NCBI GenBank assembly: GCA_029936315.1
Contig: JAPYTD010000002.1
Coordinates: forward strand, 30,459 to 94,458
DNA: 64,000 nt
Direction: 5' to 3'
From: Planctomycetota bacterium
GTDB taxonomy: Bacteria > Planctomycetota > UBA1135 > UBA2386
The notes beneath the pieces are model-generated. The model was not told the DNA's origin. It was given only the letters and a program-made list of their open reading frames with translations, and ran no database searches. A program made the translations under genes and the position numbers. Each line of letters begins with the position of its first letter. Positions within the stretch are counted from its first letter, which is position 1. Below are positions 1 through 9,464 of the stretch, one piece after another.

Positions 1-411
1 CCGCTCGACGGGCGTAGCCTGGTCGCTTTGTGGAAGGGCGAGACTCAGACGTTCGGGGATAGAGCACTGTTCTGGCACTTTCCCGCCTACCTGCAGAGCT
101 ACAAGCAGACCAACGAACAGCGCGACCTGCTGTTTCGCACACGGCCTTGCAGCATCATTCGGCGCGGTCGCTACAAGCTTCACGAGTACTTGGAGGATGG
201 CGCACTCGAACTCTACGACCTGCAAACTGACATCAGGGAACGCAACAACTTGGCGACGAGCATGCCGGACCAGCGCGACGCCATGCTTGCTGACCTGCGC
301 GAATGGCGGCAGAGCATCGGCGCGCCGATTCCCGAGCCGAGCAGTGTGTTCGACGCCGAGCGCCACCGACGGGCGCAAGCCAGGGCTCGGCAGAAGGCGG
401 TGCGAAAATGA
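1..411 (+). CDS. Sulfatase-family protein, C-terminal fragment (5' end upstream of window)
   Basis: Frame 1 is open from nt 1 (PLDGRSLVALWKGE...) and continues track ORF 28..411. The stretch ...RYKLHEYLEDGALELYDLQTDIRERNNLA...DLREWRQSIGAP matches the usual sulfatase C-terminal subdomain pattern. Confidence 0.75.
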   Translation, partial: PLDGRSLVALWKGETQTFGDRALFWHFPAYLQSYKQTNEQRDLLFRTRPCSIIRRGRYKLHEYLEDGALELYDLQTDIRERNNLATSMPDQRDAMLADLREWRQSIGAPIPEPSSVFDAERHRRAQARARQKAVRK

Positions 412-564
412 AGTTCCGCCACCGCCTGGCGATCTGCGAACGGCCCGCCAACTGCATGACCGAGCAGCAAGCTCTGCTCATAAACGCCGAACGGCGCACC
501 CCCGCAACGGGGATGCGCCGTTCTAGCTTCGGCAGCCTTGCGACCGCCGCATGTCATGCTCGCC

Positions 565-1701
565 TTAGTGGCCGAGCGTGCCGATCTGGCCGTTCGAGAT
601 GAACAGCATCCCGTTCGCAAGATTGATCGCCAGGCCCTGGGCCGTCAGGCTGTAGCCGGTAAGCGCGGTGTCCGCCGGAATCGTCAGCTGCATCGAAGCG
701 ACACCCGCGGCCGCGGGGCCGATGTCGACCAGGCCGAAGGCCAGGTCCATGTGGCCCGTGCAACCGACGGCAAACAGGCCCGGCAGGATGACGCCGAGAG
801 GGGTCGGCGGGGTCGCATTGCCAAACGCGAGGAAGTTCGGGACCGGAGCCGGAGCGGTGATGCCCGACAGATCGAGATCCCAACTACCGCCCAATACCGG
901 AGGGCTGCTGGCAGCCAAGCTCAGACCACCACAGCCGGTGCCGACCGAGGTGCTGTCCGCACAGGCCACTGGCGAGCTGGCAATCACGATCCATCCTGGA
1001 CTGGTCGGAATGAAGGTCAGCGTAGTATCGCCAAGGTCAAAGTTCGGATCCGGGGTGTTCACGGTCGTTGGGCCGGGGCCGATGAAGAGCTCGAAACACG
1101 TCGCGTCGGCTGTGACCGCGCCGGCGCTGAGGTCCGACGAAGCCGGCACCGGATTGCCGTCCTGGTGCACGCCAATGACGGTCTCAACTGCGCCATAGGT
1201 CGAGCTGGTGTTGTTGCAACGGTTGTCCAGGTTGATGCGGATCTCACCACTGGGGAACAGCGTCACCTGCGCGGTGAACGCGCCAGCCGTGAACCCTGCG
1301 TACGGCTCGCAGTCGAACCAAGTGATCGTGCAGTGAGAGCCACTGGTGTTGTCGATGTGTAGGGCGCCACCGCTAACCGTGTGGTCACCCCAGTACGCGC
1401 AGATGACATCGGCGGCAAAGGTCGCGAGCCCAGCCGCGCCCGGAGTCCATACTTGGGCACCACCACCCGGGACCGCCGGAACACCCGCGTTGTTCAGCGC
1501 GATCAGGCCGTGATCCGAGTGGTAGAAATGGGTGTAAGTGGCGCCGTTGAACGGGAACGCAAACCCGATGGGCAACGAGCCAGTCTGCCAGTTGTCGATC
1601 GGCGGCGCCGGGTCCGGAGCGCCGATTGGACTGATCACGCATTGCGCGATCGCCGTTTGAGCCAAGAGCAGTAACGCCAGCGATGGGAGAGTGAATTTCA
1701 T
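565..1701 (-). CDS. Secreted hypothetical protein; N-terminal NIDO-like region plus shared C-terminal beta-rich module
   Basis: Track ORF 565..1725. I place the start at the internal ATG at 1701, giving signal peptide MKFTLPSLALLLLAQTAIAQ. The C-terminal ~125 aa (VGTGCGG...LTIPADTALTGYSLTAQGLAINLANGMLFISNGQIGTLGH) resembles the C-termini of the proteins at 26617..27780, 29783..30271 and 56551..58407. Confidence 0.7.
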   Translation of the reverse strand: MKFTLPSLALLLLAQTAIAQCVISPIGAPDPAPPIDNWQTGSLPIGFAFPFNGATYTHFYHSDHGLIALNNAGVPAVPGGGAQVWTPGAAGLATFAADVICAYWGDHTVSGGALHIDNTSGSHCTITWFDCEPYAGFTAGAFTAQVTLFPSGEIRINLDNRCNNTSSTYGAVETVIGVHQDGNPVPASSDLSAGAVTADATCFELFIGPGPTTVNTPDPNFDLGDTTLTFIPTSPGWIVIASSPVACADSTSVGTGCGGLSLAASSPPVLGGSWDLDLSGITAPAPVPNFLAFGNATPPTPLGVILPGLFAVGCTGHMDLAFGLVDIGPAAAGVASMQLTIPADTALTGYSLTAQGLAINLANGMLFISNGQIGTLGH

Positions 1702-2042
1702 GAGAGACGTGGAGGGATTCGCCAAAGGGTTAGCAGGAATGTCGCGCGCTACATTGCATGGCGCAGAGACAGACTACCTCGCCGGTTATAGTCCGATGAG
1801 ACAATCTGAGGGGGCACAACCACTGACAGAGTGGCAAATGACCTCTTTCGTGCAACCACCCTCCCCCGCTCATTCGCTTGAGCGCACTGACCGAGCAACA
1901 GTGTGCGGTGAATGGACGTGATAGCAGAGCAAGCCTCCTCCCGAACGTGTCCTCGCGATACGCTCGAATTGTGCCCAACGACCCGCCGCCGAAGCGACCC
2001 CGTGCTTCGTGTGTGAGAGGGCGTGCACCCAACGCCCCGCTC

Positions 2043-2942
2043 CTAGCGGGATCCTAGCTTCAAGGTGCGACTCGGCTGCTTCCCTACCCCGTTGACCACC
2101 AGCCGGGACTCGTAGACATCGACAGTGGCGTACGCGTTGCGCTTGGGCGCCTCGACCATGCCCATGAAGGTGATGTGATGCACACCGTTGACCAGCGCAT
2201 AGCCGCCAGCGTGGTGATGACCGTTGAACCAACCCGCGACACAAGGGTAGCGGTCCATCAGCTTCGTCATCTCCTGATGATTCCACAGCAGCAGGGAGGC
2301 GCCACCTGCCTCGGAATGCACAGGGAAGTGGCAGAACAGCACCACCCGCTGTTGCTTCTCGACCGCATCCTTCAGCACCGCCTCGATCCACGCCATCTGC
2401 TGCTTGCCGACGCCACCGTTCCACCTCACCGCATTGGGTGCCTTGCGAGCCTTCAGAGCCTTCAGCATCTCAATGGCCTGCTTGCGCTTGGCATGGTCCT
2501 TCGTGTAGCCGTGAAGGCTGATATCCATCCCGTCGACCACCACGAACCGCCAACGCTCGCCCACCGTGAAGTCGTAGTAACTCCGCTCCAACCCGAGCTT
2601 CTTCATCGTTTGGGCACGCAGGAACGGTAGGTCGTGATTGCCGATAACGTGGAACTTGCGGGCACGTAGACGCTGCCACAGTGGTAGCACGGCATCGAAG
2701 CTGGTCTTGCCCTTGTCGATGAAGTCACCGAGCTGCACGACGAACTTCAAGTCCTGCTTGTTGAGCGCTGTGACGCAGGCATGCAAACTCTGGAGCGAGG
2801 AGCGGTAGTGCCGGGCCCCGACATTGGGCTGGTCCGCGTACTGCACGTCCGCGATCACCCCAAAGGTGTACAGCGGCATCGGTCCACGGTCCTGCGCGGA
2901 GACGTACCCCACGAACAACAACAAGCTCAGCAGCATTCTCAT
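2043..2942 (-). CDS. Secreted calcineurin-like metallophosphoesterase
   Basis: Signal peptide MRMLLSLLLFVGYVSAQ. Metallophosphoesterase motifs are present: GVIADVQY, GDFIDKG, GNHD, FCHFPVH, GHHH. Confidence 0.85.
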   Translation of the reverse strand: MRMLLSLLLFVGYVSAQDRGPMPLYTFGVIADVQYADQPNVGARHYRSSLQSLHACVTALNKQDLKFVVQLGDFIDKGKTSFDAVLPLWQRLRARKFHVIGNHDLPFLRAQTMKKLGLERSYYDFTVGERWRFVVVDGMDISLHGYTKDHAKRKQAIEMLKALKARKAPNAVRWNGGVGKQQMAWIEAVLKDAVEKQQRVVLFCHFPVHSEAGGASLLLWNHQEMTKLMDRYPCVAGWFNGHHHAGGYALVNGVHHITFMGMVEAPKRNAYATVDVYESRLVVNGVGKQPSRTLKLGSR

Positions 2943-2969
2943 GGGGTCACTTCTTCCGTCGTCGGTCCT

Positions 2970-5945
2970 CTACTTGGGGAATAGTGCTCGCAGTTCTTCC
3001 GCGGAAAAGACGGTGTGCCGGTTCACCAGGATCTTGCGAGTGGTGGCAAACAGCTCGGCCGAAACCGCGCCCTTCTTGTTCCCCCAGGCGTAGCGAACAA
3101 ACGTAGCGACGTCCGCGAGGTTGTTGTCGCGCATGTGACGGTTGAGTTTCAAACCCGGCATCGCGGCGGCGGGGATGTACTTCTTACCATCCACCACGAT
3201 CGGTCCCATCATTCCTTGCAGCAGGATCGCGGCGAGTCGCGACTTCGCACCCTTCGCCCATTCCGAGCCGACCAACGGCGGGCCGAGCATTGCCAGGCCC
3301 TTTCCGTCCAGTCCGTGGCACGAGATGCAGTGGCGGATAAACAACTGCTCCCCGCGTCGGAAGGACGCCAGGTGCGCCTTGTTCTGGGGCATCGGGTACG
3401 CGGCTGCGGTCGTCTTGATGCTCAGGCAGTGTTCTAGGTAGGCGCGGAACTTCTTGTCGGCGAAGTCACTGCCCAGCAAGTCCTCGAATTGCTTCTCCCG
3501 ACCGGCCAGACCGTGGATCGTTACCTCACGGAAGAACTTGCGATGGATGTTTGTGCCCAGGATCTCCTTCAGCAACACCAGGCTTTGTTCGCCGGGAAAG
3601 CGGCCGAGGCTGGCAGCGAGTTGTCGCAGCACCACCGTTTCTGTGCGCTTCGCCAATTTGGTGAACAGCGGCATCAACCGTTCGAGATCGCTCGGCTCGG
3701 TCAACGACTCAGCAAGCCGAATCGCCATTTCGAGGACGCGTGGGTTTTCCGACTGCAGTGCTGCAGTGATGGCGTGGATGTTGATCGCAGCCAGTCCTTC
3801 GAGTGTCCACAGCGCGTGGATCTGCCCGAGAGGTTGCTGGTGATTGCCCGCAAGTGCATTGAGTGCGGGCACGACGGACAGGTCTCCCTGGTCGACGATC
3901 AATTGCTGGGCCGTGTCGCGCCACCACCCGTTCGCATGCGCGAGAGACGCGACCAGGTCGCTTGCCCGCTTGCCCAACATGCGCGGCTGAGTGCCGCGCT
4001 TGTTGTGGCGATAGCTAATCCGGTAGACGCGTCCCAGTCGGGGGTGGCTCTCGAGGTTTCGGTGCTTGACGTGTTCGCGCAGGTATCGCGTCAGGTACGC
4101 CTTGTGCTGCACGATGCCGTGGTAGAGGTCGACCAAGAACAGGCTGCCATCAGGCGCATTGCAGAGGTTGACCGGCCGAAAGCGCTCGTCGGTCGAAGCG
4201 AGGAACTCTCGGTTCTTCAAGGCGTGCTTGCCGGTGGTCAGCCCGTCGGCTTCGGTCAAGCTGAGCATGCGCACGAAGTGCGCCGACGGTTCGCAGAAGA
4301 ACGCGGTGTTGCGATACTGCTCGGGAAACTGATCCCCTCGGTAGCACACCGGGCCACAGGCCGCCGTCACGGCGGTGAGGTAGCCCTGGTCGTCGATGGC
4401 TCCCTCGCCGCCACGATTGACTCCCGGTGTTGTGCGCGCCGGAAAGACCTTGTCCCGGTACGACAGCATGACCGTGTCGCCCATCTTCTTGAGGGAGTTC
4501 GGGTTTCGCATCAGGGCGTTGGGCAGCAGCTGGTCGGCCTTCATGCCAAACCAGTTCTGATTGTAGTACAGCCGGCCGTAGTCGTCTTGCGACATCCCCC
4601 ACTGGCCACGATAGGTGGTGCGGTCCTTGACCCACTTGCCGTCAACTTCGCGATAGCGCGCATCGGACTTGACGTTGTAGATCCAGTTGTCCAGGCCACG
4701 CAGCAGTGCGTTGCTGCGGTGCTCGACGTTTTCATTCTTGGTGTAGTGCTCGTCGACGACCGTCATCTTGCCGGCTCGGTCGTTGCGGTTCTCGACGAAG
4801 TACAGCTTGCGATGGCCGCCGTACAGGATGCCGTCCTTGTAGAACGCGATCGATCGCGGCAGGACCAGGCCATCCAGGAACACCTTGTAGTCGTCGAAGA
4901 CACCATCGTTGTCGGTATCGGTGAGGATCGAGATCCGTCCGATGGGTTGCTCTTCGCCATCGCCTAGGGCATTGAGCATGTAAGCGCGCATTTCGACGAC
5001 CCACATGCGACCGTCGCCATCGAATCGCATGGCGACTGGGCTTTGGATCATTGGATCGCTTGCCGCGAGCGAGATCTCGAAGTCCTCATGCAGCACGAAG
5101 GTCTTCAGCGCCTGCTCGGGGGTCAGTGCCGGAGCCGCGGGAATCTCGTCGAATGGGATGACGTAGGTGTAGCCCTTCTTCTTCGGCTTTGGCTTGGGCT
5201 TCGGCTTGCCATCGAGGTTCAGCGTCTGGATCCACACGTTGCGGAAACGCACCGGGTTGTGATGGCCCTGCAACTTGATGGGCCTGGCATCTGGCCCCTC
5301 CTTCTTGCCGGCACCGGTCTTGCGCGGAATTTCGAAGTCGTCGTGGATCAACTGCTGATTCTGATAGGCCGTGATCCGAGCCATCTCGACCTTCTTGCCG
5401 CCTTGGAAACGTGCCGCGCGAAACGCGATGTCGAAGCTCTGCCACTCTCCTGCTTGCTTGCTGACGAAGCGGTCGGGCTTCTTCAACCGATAGAGGCTGC
5501 CGCAGTGGCTTGCCTTGTACTCTTTGGCGCCCACCCCGAACGAATCGTGAATCTGCAGCTCATAGCGCTGCTGGATGTAGACCCCGGAGTTGCCGCTCGC
5601 CTCCACGTTTGGGCCTGCGACTTCGTTGACGTTGAACTCAAGGTGCAGGCGGAAGTCGCGATACGACTCCTTGGTGATCACGCTGTCCCACTGGGGCGAC
5701 GCGGTGAGCACCCCGTCTTTGAAAAGCCACCGGCTCTTCTTGCCAGCTTCTTCGGGCACCAGCTTGGACCCCGCGTTGCCCACCAACACAACCGCATCTT
5801 TGGGACGCTCCTTGGCACCGATGTCGATGATGCCCGCGGTGGTACCAGGCACACGCTTTGGCACCCGGGGTGATTGAGCAGGTACGGACAGTGACGCCAG
5901 ACACACGGAGGCCGCGGCGAACCAGAGAACTCGGGGATACATCAT
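2970..5945 (-). CDS. DUF1080 + membrane-bound-dehydrogenase-type beta-propeller + HEAT-like repeats + C-terminal cytochrome c fusion (PVC-type)
   Basis: Track ORF 2970..5954 begins with TTG. An ATG at 5945 gives MMYPRVLWFAAASVCLASLSVPAQS. The N-terminal region (GNSGVYIQQRYELQIHDS...LQGHHNPVRFRNVWI) is DUF1080-like. The central region looks like a sorbosone/glucose dehydrogenase propeller. The C-terminus carries the heme motif CISCHG. Confidence 0.85.
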   Translation of the reverse strand: MMYPRVLWFAAASVCLASLSVPAQSPRVPKRVPGTTAGIIDIGAKERPKDAVVLVGNAGSKLVPEEAGKKSRWLFKDGVLTASPQWDSVITKESYRDFRLHLEFNVNEVAGPNVEASGNSGVYIQQRYELQIHDSFGVGAKEYKASHCGSLYRLKKPDRFVSKQAGEWQSFDIAFRAARFQGGKKVEMARITAYQNQQLIHDDFEIPRKTGAGKKEGPDARPIKLQGHHNPVRFRNVWIQTLNLDGKPKPKPKPKKKGYTYVIPFDEIPAAPALTPEQALKTFVLHEDFEISLAASDPMIQSPVAMRFDGDGRMWVVEMRAYMLNALGDGEEQPIGRISILTDTDNDGVFDDYKVFLDGLVLPRSIAFYKDGILYGGHRKLYFVENRNDRAGKMTVVDEHYTKNENVEHRSNALLRGLDNWIYNVKSDARYREVDGKWVKDRTTYRGQWGMSQDDYGRLYYNQNWFGMKADQLLPNALMRNPNSLKKMGDTVMLSYRDKVFPARTTPGVNRGGEGAIDDQGYLTAVTAACGPVCYRGDQFPEQYRNTAFFCEPSAHFVRMLSLTEADGLTTGKHALKNREFLASTDERFRPVNLCNAPDGSLFLVDLYHGIVQHKAYLTRYLREHVKHRNLESHPRLGRVYRISYRHNKRGTQPRMLGKRASDLVASLAHANGWWRDTAQQLIVDQGDLSVVPALNALAGNHQQPLGQIHALWTLEGLAAINIHAITAALQSENPRVLEMAIRLAESLTEPSDLERLMPLFTKLAKRTETVVLRQLAASLGRFPGEQSLVLLKEILGTNIHRKFFREVTIHGLAGREKQFEDLLGSDFADKKFRAYLEHCLSIKTTAAAYPMPQNKAHLASFRRGEQLFIRHCISCHGLDGKGLAMLGPPLVGSEWAKGAKSRLAAILLQGMMGPIVVDGKKYIPAAAMPGLKLNRHMRDNNLADVATFVRYAWGNKKGAVSAELFATTRKILVNRHTVFSAEELRALFPK

Positions 5946-5969
5946 CACGAACAAAGGGCTGCAGCGCGG

Positions 5970-6932
5970 TTAGCGATTCGCCGGGGAACCCGTGCGCGCG
6001 ATGCGATCCGTCGCAGCCACCAGCTCACGGGTGATTCCTAGCTCGTGCGATGAGTGACCGGCGTCGGGAACAATATGCGAATCGAGTTCTGGCCAGACCC
6101 GGCACAGATCGGTCAGGCTGCGCACCGGACAGACGATGTCATAACGACCATGCACAGCGAATGCGGGGATGTGGCGGATGCGTTCGATGCGATCCAACAG
6201 TGCGTTTTCTGGCGCGATGCCGGCACGGAAGAAGTGCGCTTCGAGGCGTGCGAGGTTCCAGGCCATCTCGTCTTCCCCAAAGGCATCGCTGAACTCTGGA
6301 TTCGGCAGCAGGGTGCAACACGAGCCCTCGTAGATGCTCCAGTGTCGAGCCGCGTCGAGAGCGACCGCACGGTCATCGCCGGTTAGCCGGCGCCAGTAAC
6401 CCTCAAGCAAATCGTCGCGCTCGTTCTCTGGTAGGTGATGCGCAAACTCGCGCCAGAGTTCCGGCTGGATCCAACCGATGTCGTAGAGCCACCACTGCAA
6501 CTCGGCTTTGGTCAGTAGCCAGACGCCGCGAAGCACGAGACTGAGGATTCTGTCGGGGTGTGCCTCTGCGTAGTAGAGGCTGAGCGTGCTGCCCCAGGAA
6601 CCGCCGAAGACGTGCCATTTCTCGATGCCGAGTTTCTCGCGCAACTGTTCGATGTCGCGGACCATGTGGTCGATCGTGTTCTCACGGATTTCGCCAAGCG
6701 GCTTGGAACGTCCACAGCCACGCTGGTCGAACAGGGTCACATGGAACTTCTCGGCATCGAAGAAGCACCGGTCCGTCGTCGAGCAACCGGCACCGGGACC
6801 GCCGTGCAGGAATAGCATCGGGATCCCGTCGGGATTGCCACACTGTTCGTAGTACAGCGTGTGCAAGTCATCGACGGCGAGCATGCCGGTCGCGAACGGC
6901 TCGCGCGGCGGAAGGAAGTGTTCGTTTACCAT
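5970..6932 (-). CDS. pip: Proline iminopeptidase (S33 alpha/beta hydrolase)
   Basis: LYYEQCGNPDGIPMLFLHGGPGAG...DQRGCGRS...HVFGGSWGSTLSLYYA is the canonical prolyl aminopeptidase pattern. The gene lies 3 nt downstream of the DPP-IV gene. Confidence 0.92.
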   Translation of the reverse strand: MVNEHFLPPREPFATGMLAVDDLHTLYYEQCGNPDGIPMLFLHGGPGAGCSTTDRCFFDAEKFHVTLFDQRGCGRSKPLGEIRENTIDHMVRDIEQLREKLGIEKWHVFGGSWGSTLSLYYAEAHPDRILSLVLRGVWLLTKAELQWWLYDIGWIQPELWREFAHHLPENERDDLLEGYWRRLTGDDRAVALDAARHWSIYEGSCCTLLPNPEFSDAFGEDEMAWNLARLEAHFFRAGIAPENALLDRIERIRHIPAFAVHGRYDIVCPVRSLTDLCRVWPELDSHIVPDAGHSSHELGITRELVAATDRIARTGSPANR

Positions 6933-6935
6933 GCT

Positions 6936-9248
6936 TCAACGTGCTCCAGCTGGCAGATGCTCTTCAAGATAGCGCGTCAGGCGAGTGAATAGGTGACGAC
7001 GCGTGTTGGCCCCCTGACTAATCGAGTGGGTCCGGTTGGGGTAGATCTGCATATCAAACTGCTTGTCGTGGCGAACCAACTCATCAACTAACACTTCGCA
7101 GTTCTGGTAGTGGCAATTGTCATCACCGGTGCCGTAGACCAGCAGGAGGTTGCCGCGTAACCGGTGGGCATGGGTGATCGGTGAACCATCTCGGAAGCCC
7201 TCCGGATTGTCCTTCGGCAGCCCCATGTAGCGCTCCTGGTAGATCGTGTCGTAGTTCCGTTGGTCGGCGATGAACGCAATTGCCATCGCAGTGTGGTAGA
7301 GATCGGGATAGCGGAAGATCGCGTTGAGGCTCATCGAACCACCGCCACTCCACCCCCAAATCCCGACCCGCGTGGCATCGAGGTATGGCCAGCGCTTCTG
7401 CAACGCGCGCAGCGCAGCGGCCTGATCCTTTGGTGCGACGATGCCGATCTTGCCGTAGACGGACTTGCGCCAGGCTCGGCCGCGCGGCCCCGGAGTCCCT
7501 CGGTTATCGATGCTGAGAACGACGTAGCCCTTCTGGGCCAGCATCAAGTGCCAGAGATAGTTGGATCCACCAAAGCGGTCGAGCACCGTCTGCGCAGCGG
7601 GTTCGCCATACACGTAGACCAACACCGGGTAGCGCTTGCTCGCATCGAAGTCGGGCGGACGGATCACCCAGCCGTCGAGCTCGACCTTCCCGAAGCCGTC
7701 GTCCGGCTCGATTTCGACTCGGAAGAACTCGGACGGACCCTTCGCAACCTCGGCGAGCTTGCCTTTGAGCGCCGCGTTGTCGGTCATCGTTCGCAGCACT
7801 CGGTGACTCGGCAGCGCGACCATTTCGACCGTCGAGGGTGATGCAAACGTTGAGTAGCGATGGATCGCCCACTGGCCGTTCGGAGAGATCTGGTAGCCGT
7901 GAGTGCCACGAAGCTGCGGCGTGATGCGGACCGGCTGCTCACCGTCACTACCATCCAGCCGTGCCCGGTAGAGGAAGCGTTGCGTCGGATCGTCTGGCGA
8001 CGCGATGAAGTACACCCAGCCACGCTCGGAGTCGATGTGCTGAATGCTGACGACATCGTAGTTACCTGGTGTCACCAGAGTCGTGGAGCCATCGTCGCGG
8101 GACACGAAGTAGAGATGGCGCCACCCATCTCGCTCGCTAACCCACGTGAAGCGCTTGCCATCATCGAACCACTTGACGTCATCACACTCTTCGACCCACG
8201 CCGTGCCGCGGTCGGTGAACACGGTGCGAACCGCACCAGTCGACGCATCCGCGAACATGACTCGACACTCGTTCTGCAAACGGTTGAAGCGTTGCAGCAT
8301 CAACTCGCTCGAGTTGTCGGCCCACTCCATGCGCGCGACGTAGTCGTCACTGGGGTGTCCGCCGATGTCCATCCAACGGATCTCGCCGCCAGTAGCGGGT
8401 ATCGTACCAATCCGACAAGTTGGATTGGTCGTGCCGACCTTCGGATAGCGATAGCGCGTGACTCTCGAGTAGAGATCCGACGTGTTGTCTACGAGGCTGA
8501 ACTGCCCCACCGCAGCCGCATCGATCTGCCAAAAGGCGATCCGCTGCCCGTCCGGACTCCACCGGAAGCCATCGCGCAGCCCCCACTCCTCTTCGTACAC
8601 CCAGTCGAAGGTACCGTTGGTCAGTGTGTCCGACCCGTCGTGTGTCAACCGCGTGACGACACCAGTAGCGAGGTCTTCGACGTAGATATCATGATAGTAC
8701 AGGTAGGCGACGCGTCGCCCCTCTGGGTCGAACTTGGCGAACTGCAGCCGTGCTTCGTCAAAGCCCTTGCCGAGTTGCTGCAGCTTGCCGGTGGCTCGAT
8801 CGAGCAGCCAGTAGTCACCGCGCGTGTGCCGTCGCCAAACGCGGCGCGTATTGGTGAAGATCAGCACGCGGGCACCATCCGCGGAGAACTGGTAGTCCGA
8901 GATCGTCAGAGGTCTGGACGCACCCGGTGGCACGAGCTGCTTCGCAGCGACGAGGATCTGACGCTTGCCGGTTAGCGGGTCGTAGCGCACGAGGTCGCGC
9001 GCGTTGCCATCCGCGGCGCGCTCCAGGGTGGCGAGCCCGCTGTCTTCCAACCACCATGCGGGACCAAAACCCTCGGCACCGAAGTGATTGCTGAACAACT
9101 GGTCCAGGGTGATGCCGTCATCACGGCCAGCCACCTGCTGGCTTTCTGCGCGCGGCGCTGGCCCCACGGAGCAGCCAACCGTGACGAGTAGCGCAAACAG
9201 CAGTGCCAAGGCCGGTGCGAGTTTGCGATCACTTCGTGCGGATCGCAC
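6936..9248 (-). CDS. Dipeptidyl-peptidase IV / S9B prolyl oligopeptidase-family lipoprotein
   Basis: DPP-IV N-terminal propeller plus S9 catalytic domain (GIWGWSGGGSMSL). The track start at 9644 overlaps the divergent aldehyde dehydrogenase region. A GTG at 9248 (plus-strand cac 9246-9248) gives (M)RSARSDRKLAPALALLFALLVTVGCS, which carries a lipobox. Confidence 0.88.
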   Translation of the reverse strand: MRSARSDRKLAPALALLFALLVTVGCSVGPAPRAESQQVAGRDDGITLDQLFSNHFGAEGFGPAWWLEDSGLATLERAADGNARDLVRYDPLTGKRQILVAAKQLVPPGASRPLTISDYQFSADGARVLIFTNTRRVWRRHTRGDYWLLDRATGKLQQLGKGFDEARLQFAKFDPEGRRVAYLYYHDIYVEDLATGVVTRLTHDGSDTLTNGTFDWVYEEEWGLRDGFRWSPDGQRIAFWQIDAAAVGQFSLVDNTSDLYSRVTRYRYPKVGTTNPTCRIGTIPATGGEIRWMDIGGHPSDDYVARMEWADNSSELMLQRFNRLQNECRVMFADASTGAVRTVFTDRGTAWVEECDDVKWFDDGKRFTWVSERDGWRHLYFVSRDDGSTTLVTPGNYDVVSIQHIDSERGWVYFIASPDDPTQRFLYRARLDGSDGEQPVRITPQLRGTHGYQISPNGQWAIHRYSTFASPSTVEMVALPSHRVLRTMTDNAALKGKLAEVAKGPSEFFRVEIEPDDGFGKVELDGWVIRPPDFDASKRYPVLVYVYGEPAAQTVLDRFGGSNYLWHLMLAQKGYVVLSIDNRGTPGPRGRAWRKSVYGKIGIVAPKDQAAALRALQKRWPYLDATRVGIWGWSGGGSMSLNAIFRYPDLYHTAMAIAFIADQRNYDTIYQERYMGLPKDNPEGFRDGSPITHAHRLRGNLLLVYGTGDDNCHYQNCEVLVDELVRHDKQFDMQIYPNRTHSISQGANTRRHLFTRLTRYLEEHLPAGAR

Positions 9249-9405
9249 AAACGAGAAGGGGCGGTGCTGGGAGGTCGGAGATGGCACGTAACGAATCCTG
9301 CGATGGCACGGGTCGATGGCATAGCTGGCACTTGCTCGTTCCCGCCGCGAGTAGACGACGAACAAAGTCAGGCAGGGCTGGAACCACCCGTAGGCAAAGT
9401 GTATT

Positions 9406-9415
9406 TTGTGCACAA
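9406..9415. promoter_or_regulatory. Candidate GntR-type operator palindrome TTGTGCACAA in the divergent promoter region
   Basis: A perfect 10-bp palindrome sits in a locally AT-rich patch about 50 nt upstream of the aldehyde dehydrogenase ATG (9465). It is flanked by ACAAAGTCA direct repeats at 9362 and 9412. Its GT-N2-AC core fits the general GntR/FadR operator form. Confidence 0.3.
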
Positions 9416-9464
9416 AGTCATAATCGCCCCCTCCGCCCCAGGCAACCAAAAGCTCATCCACACC

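Noticed and set aside
3489-4967. Long plus-strand ORF (492 aa) and many similar ones (for example 538..1362, 7860..8975, 16369..17133, 17876..18979, 20317..21183, 25032..25700, 33499..34512 minus, 36015..36887, 42086..42901, 53450..54541)
   Set aside because: All lie antisense or out of frame within genes that have clear family signatures. Their translations are Arg/Ala/Gly/His-rich low-complexity text with no recognisable motifs. This is the expected stop-codon-poor artefact of high G+C.
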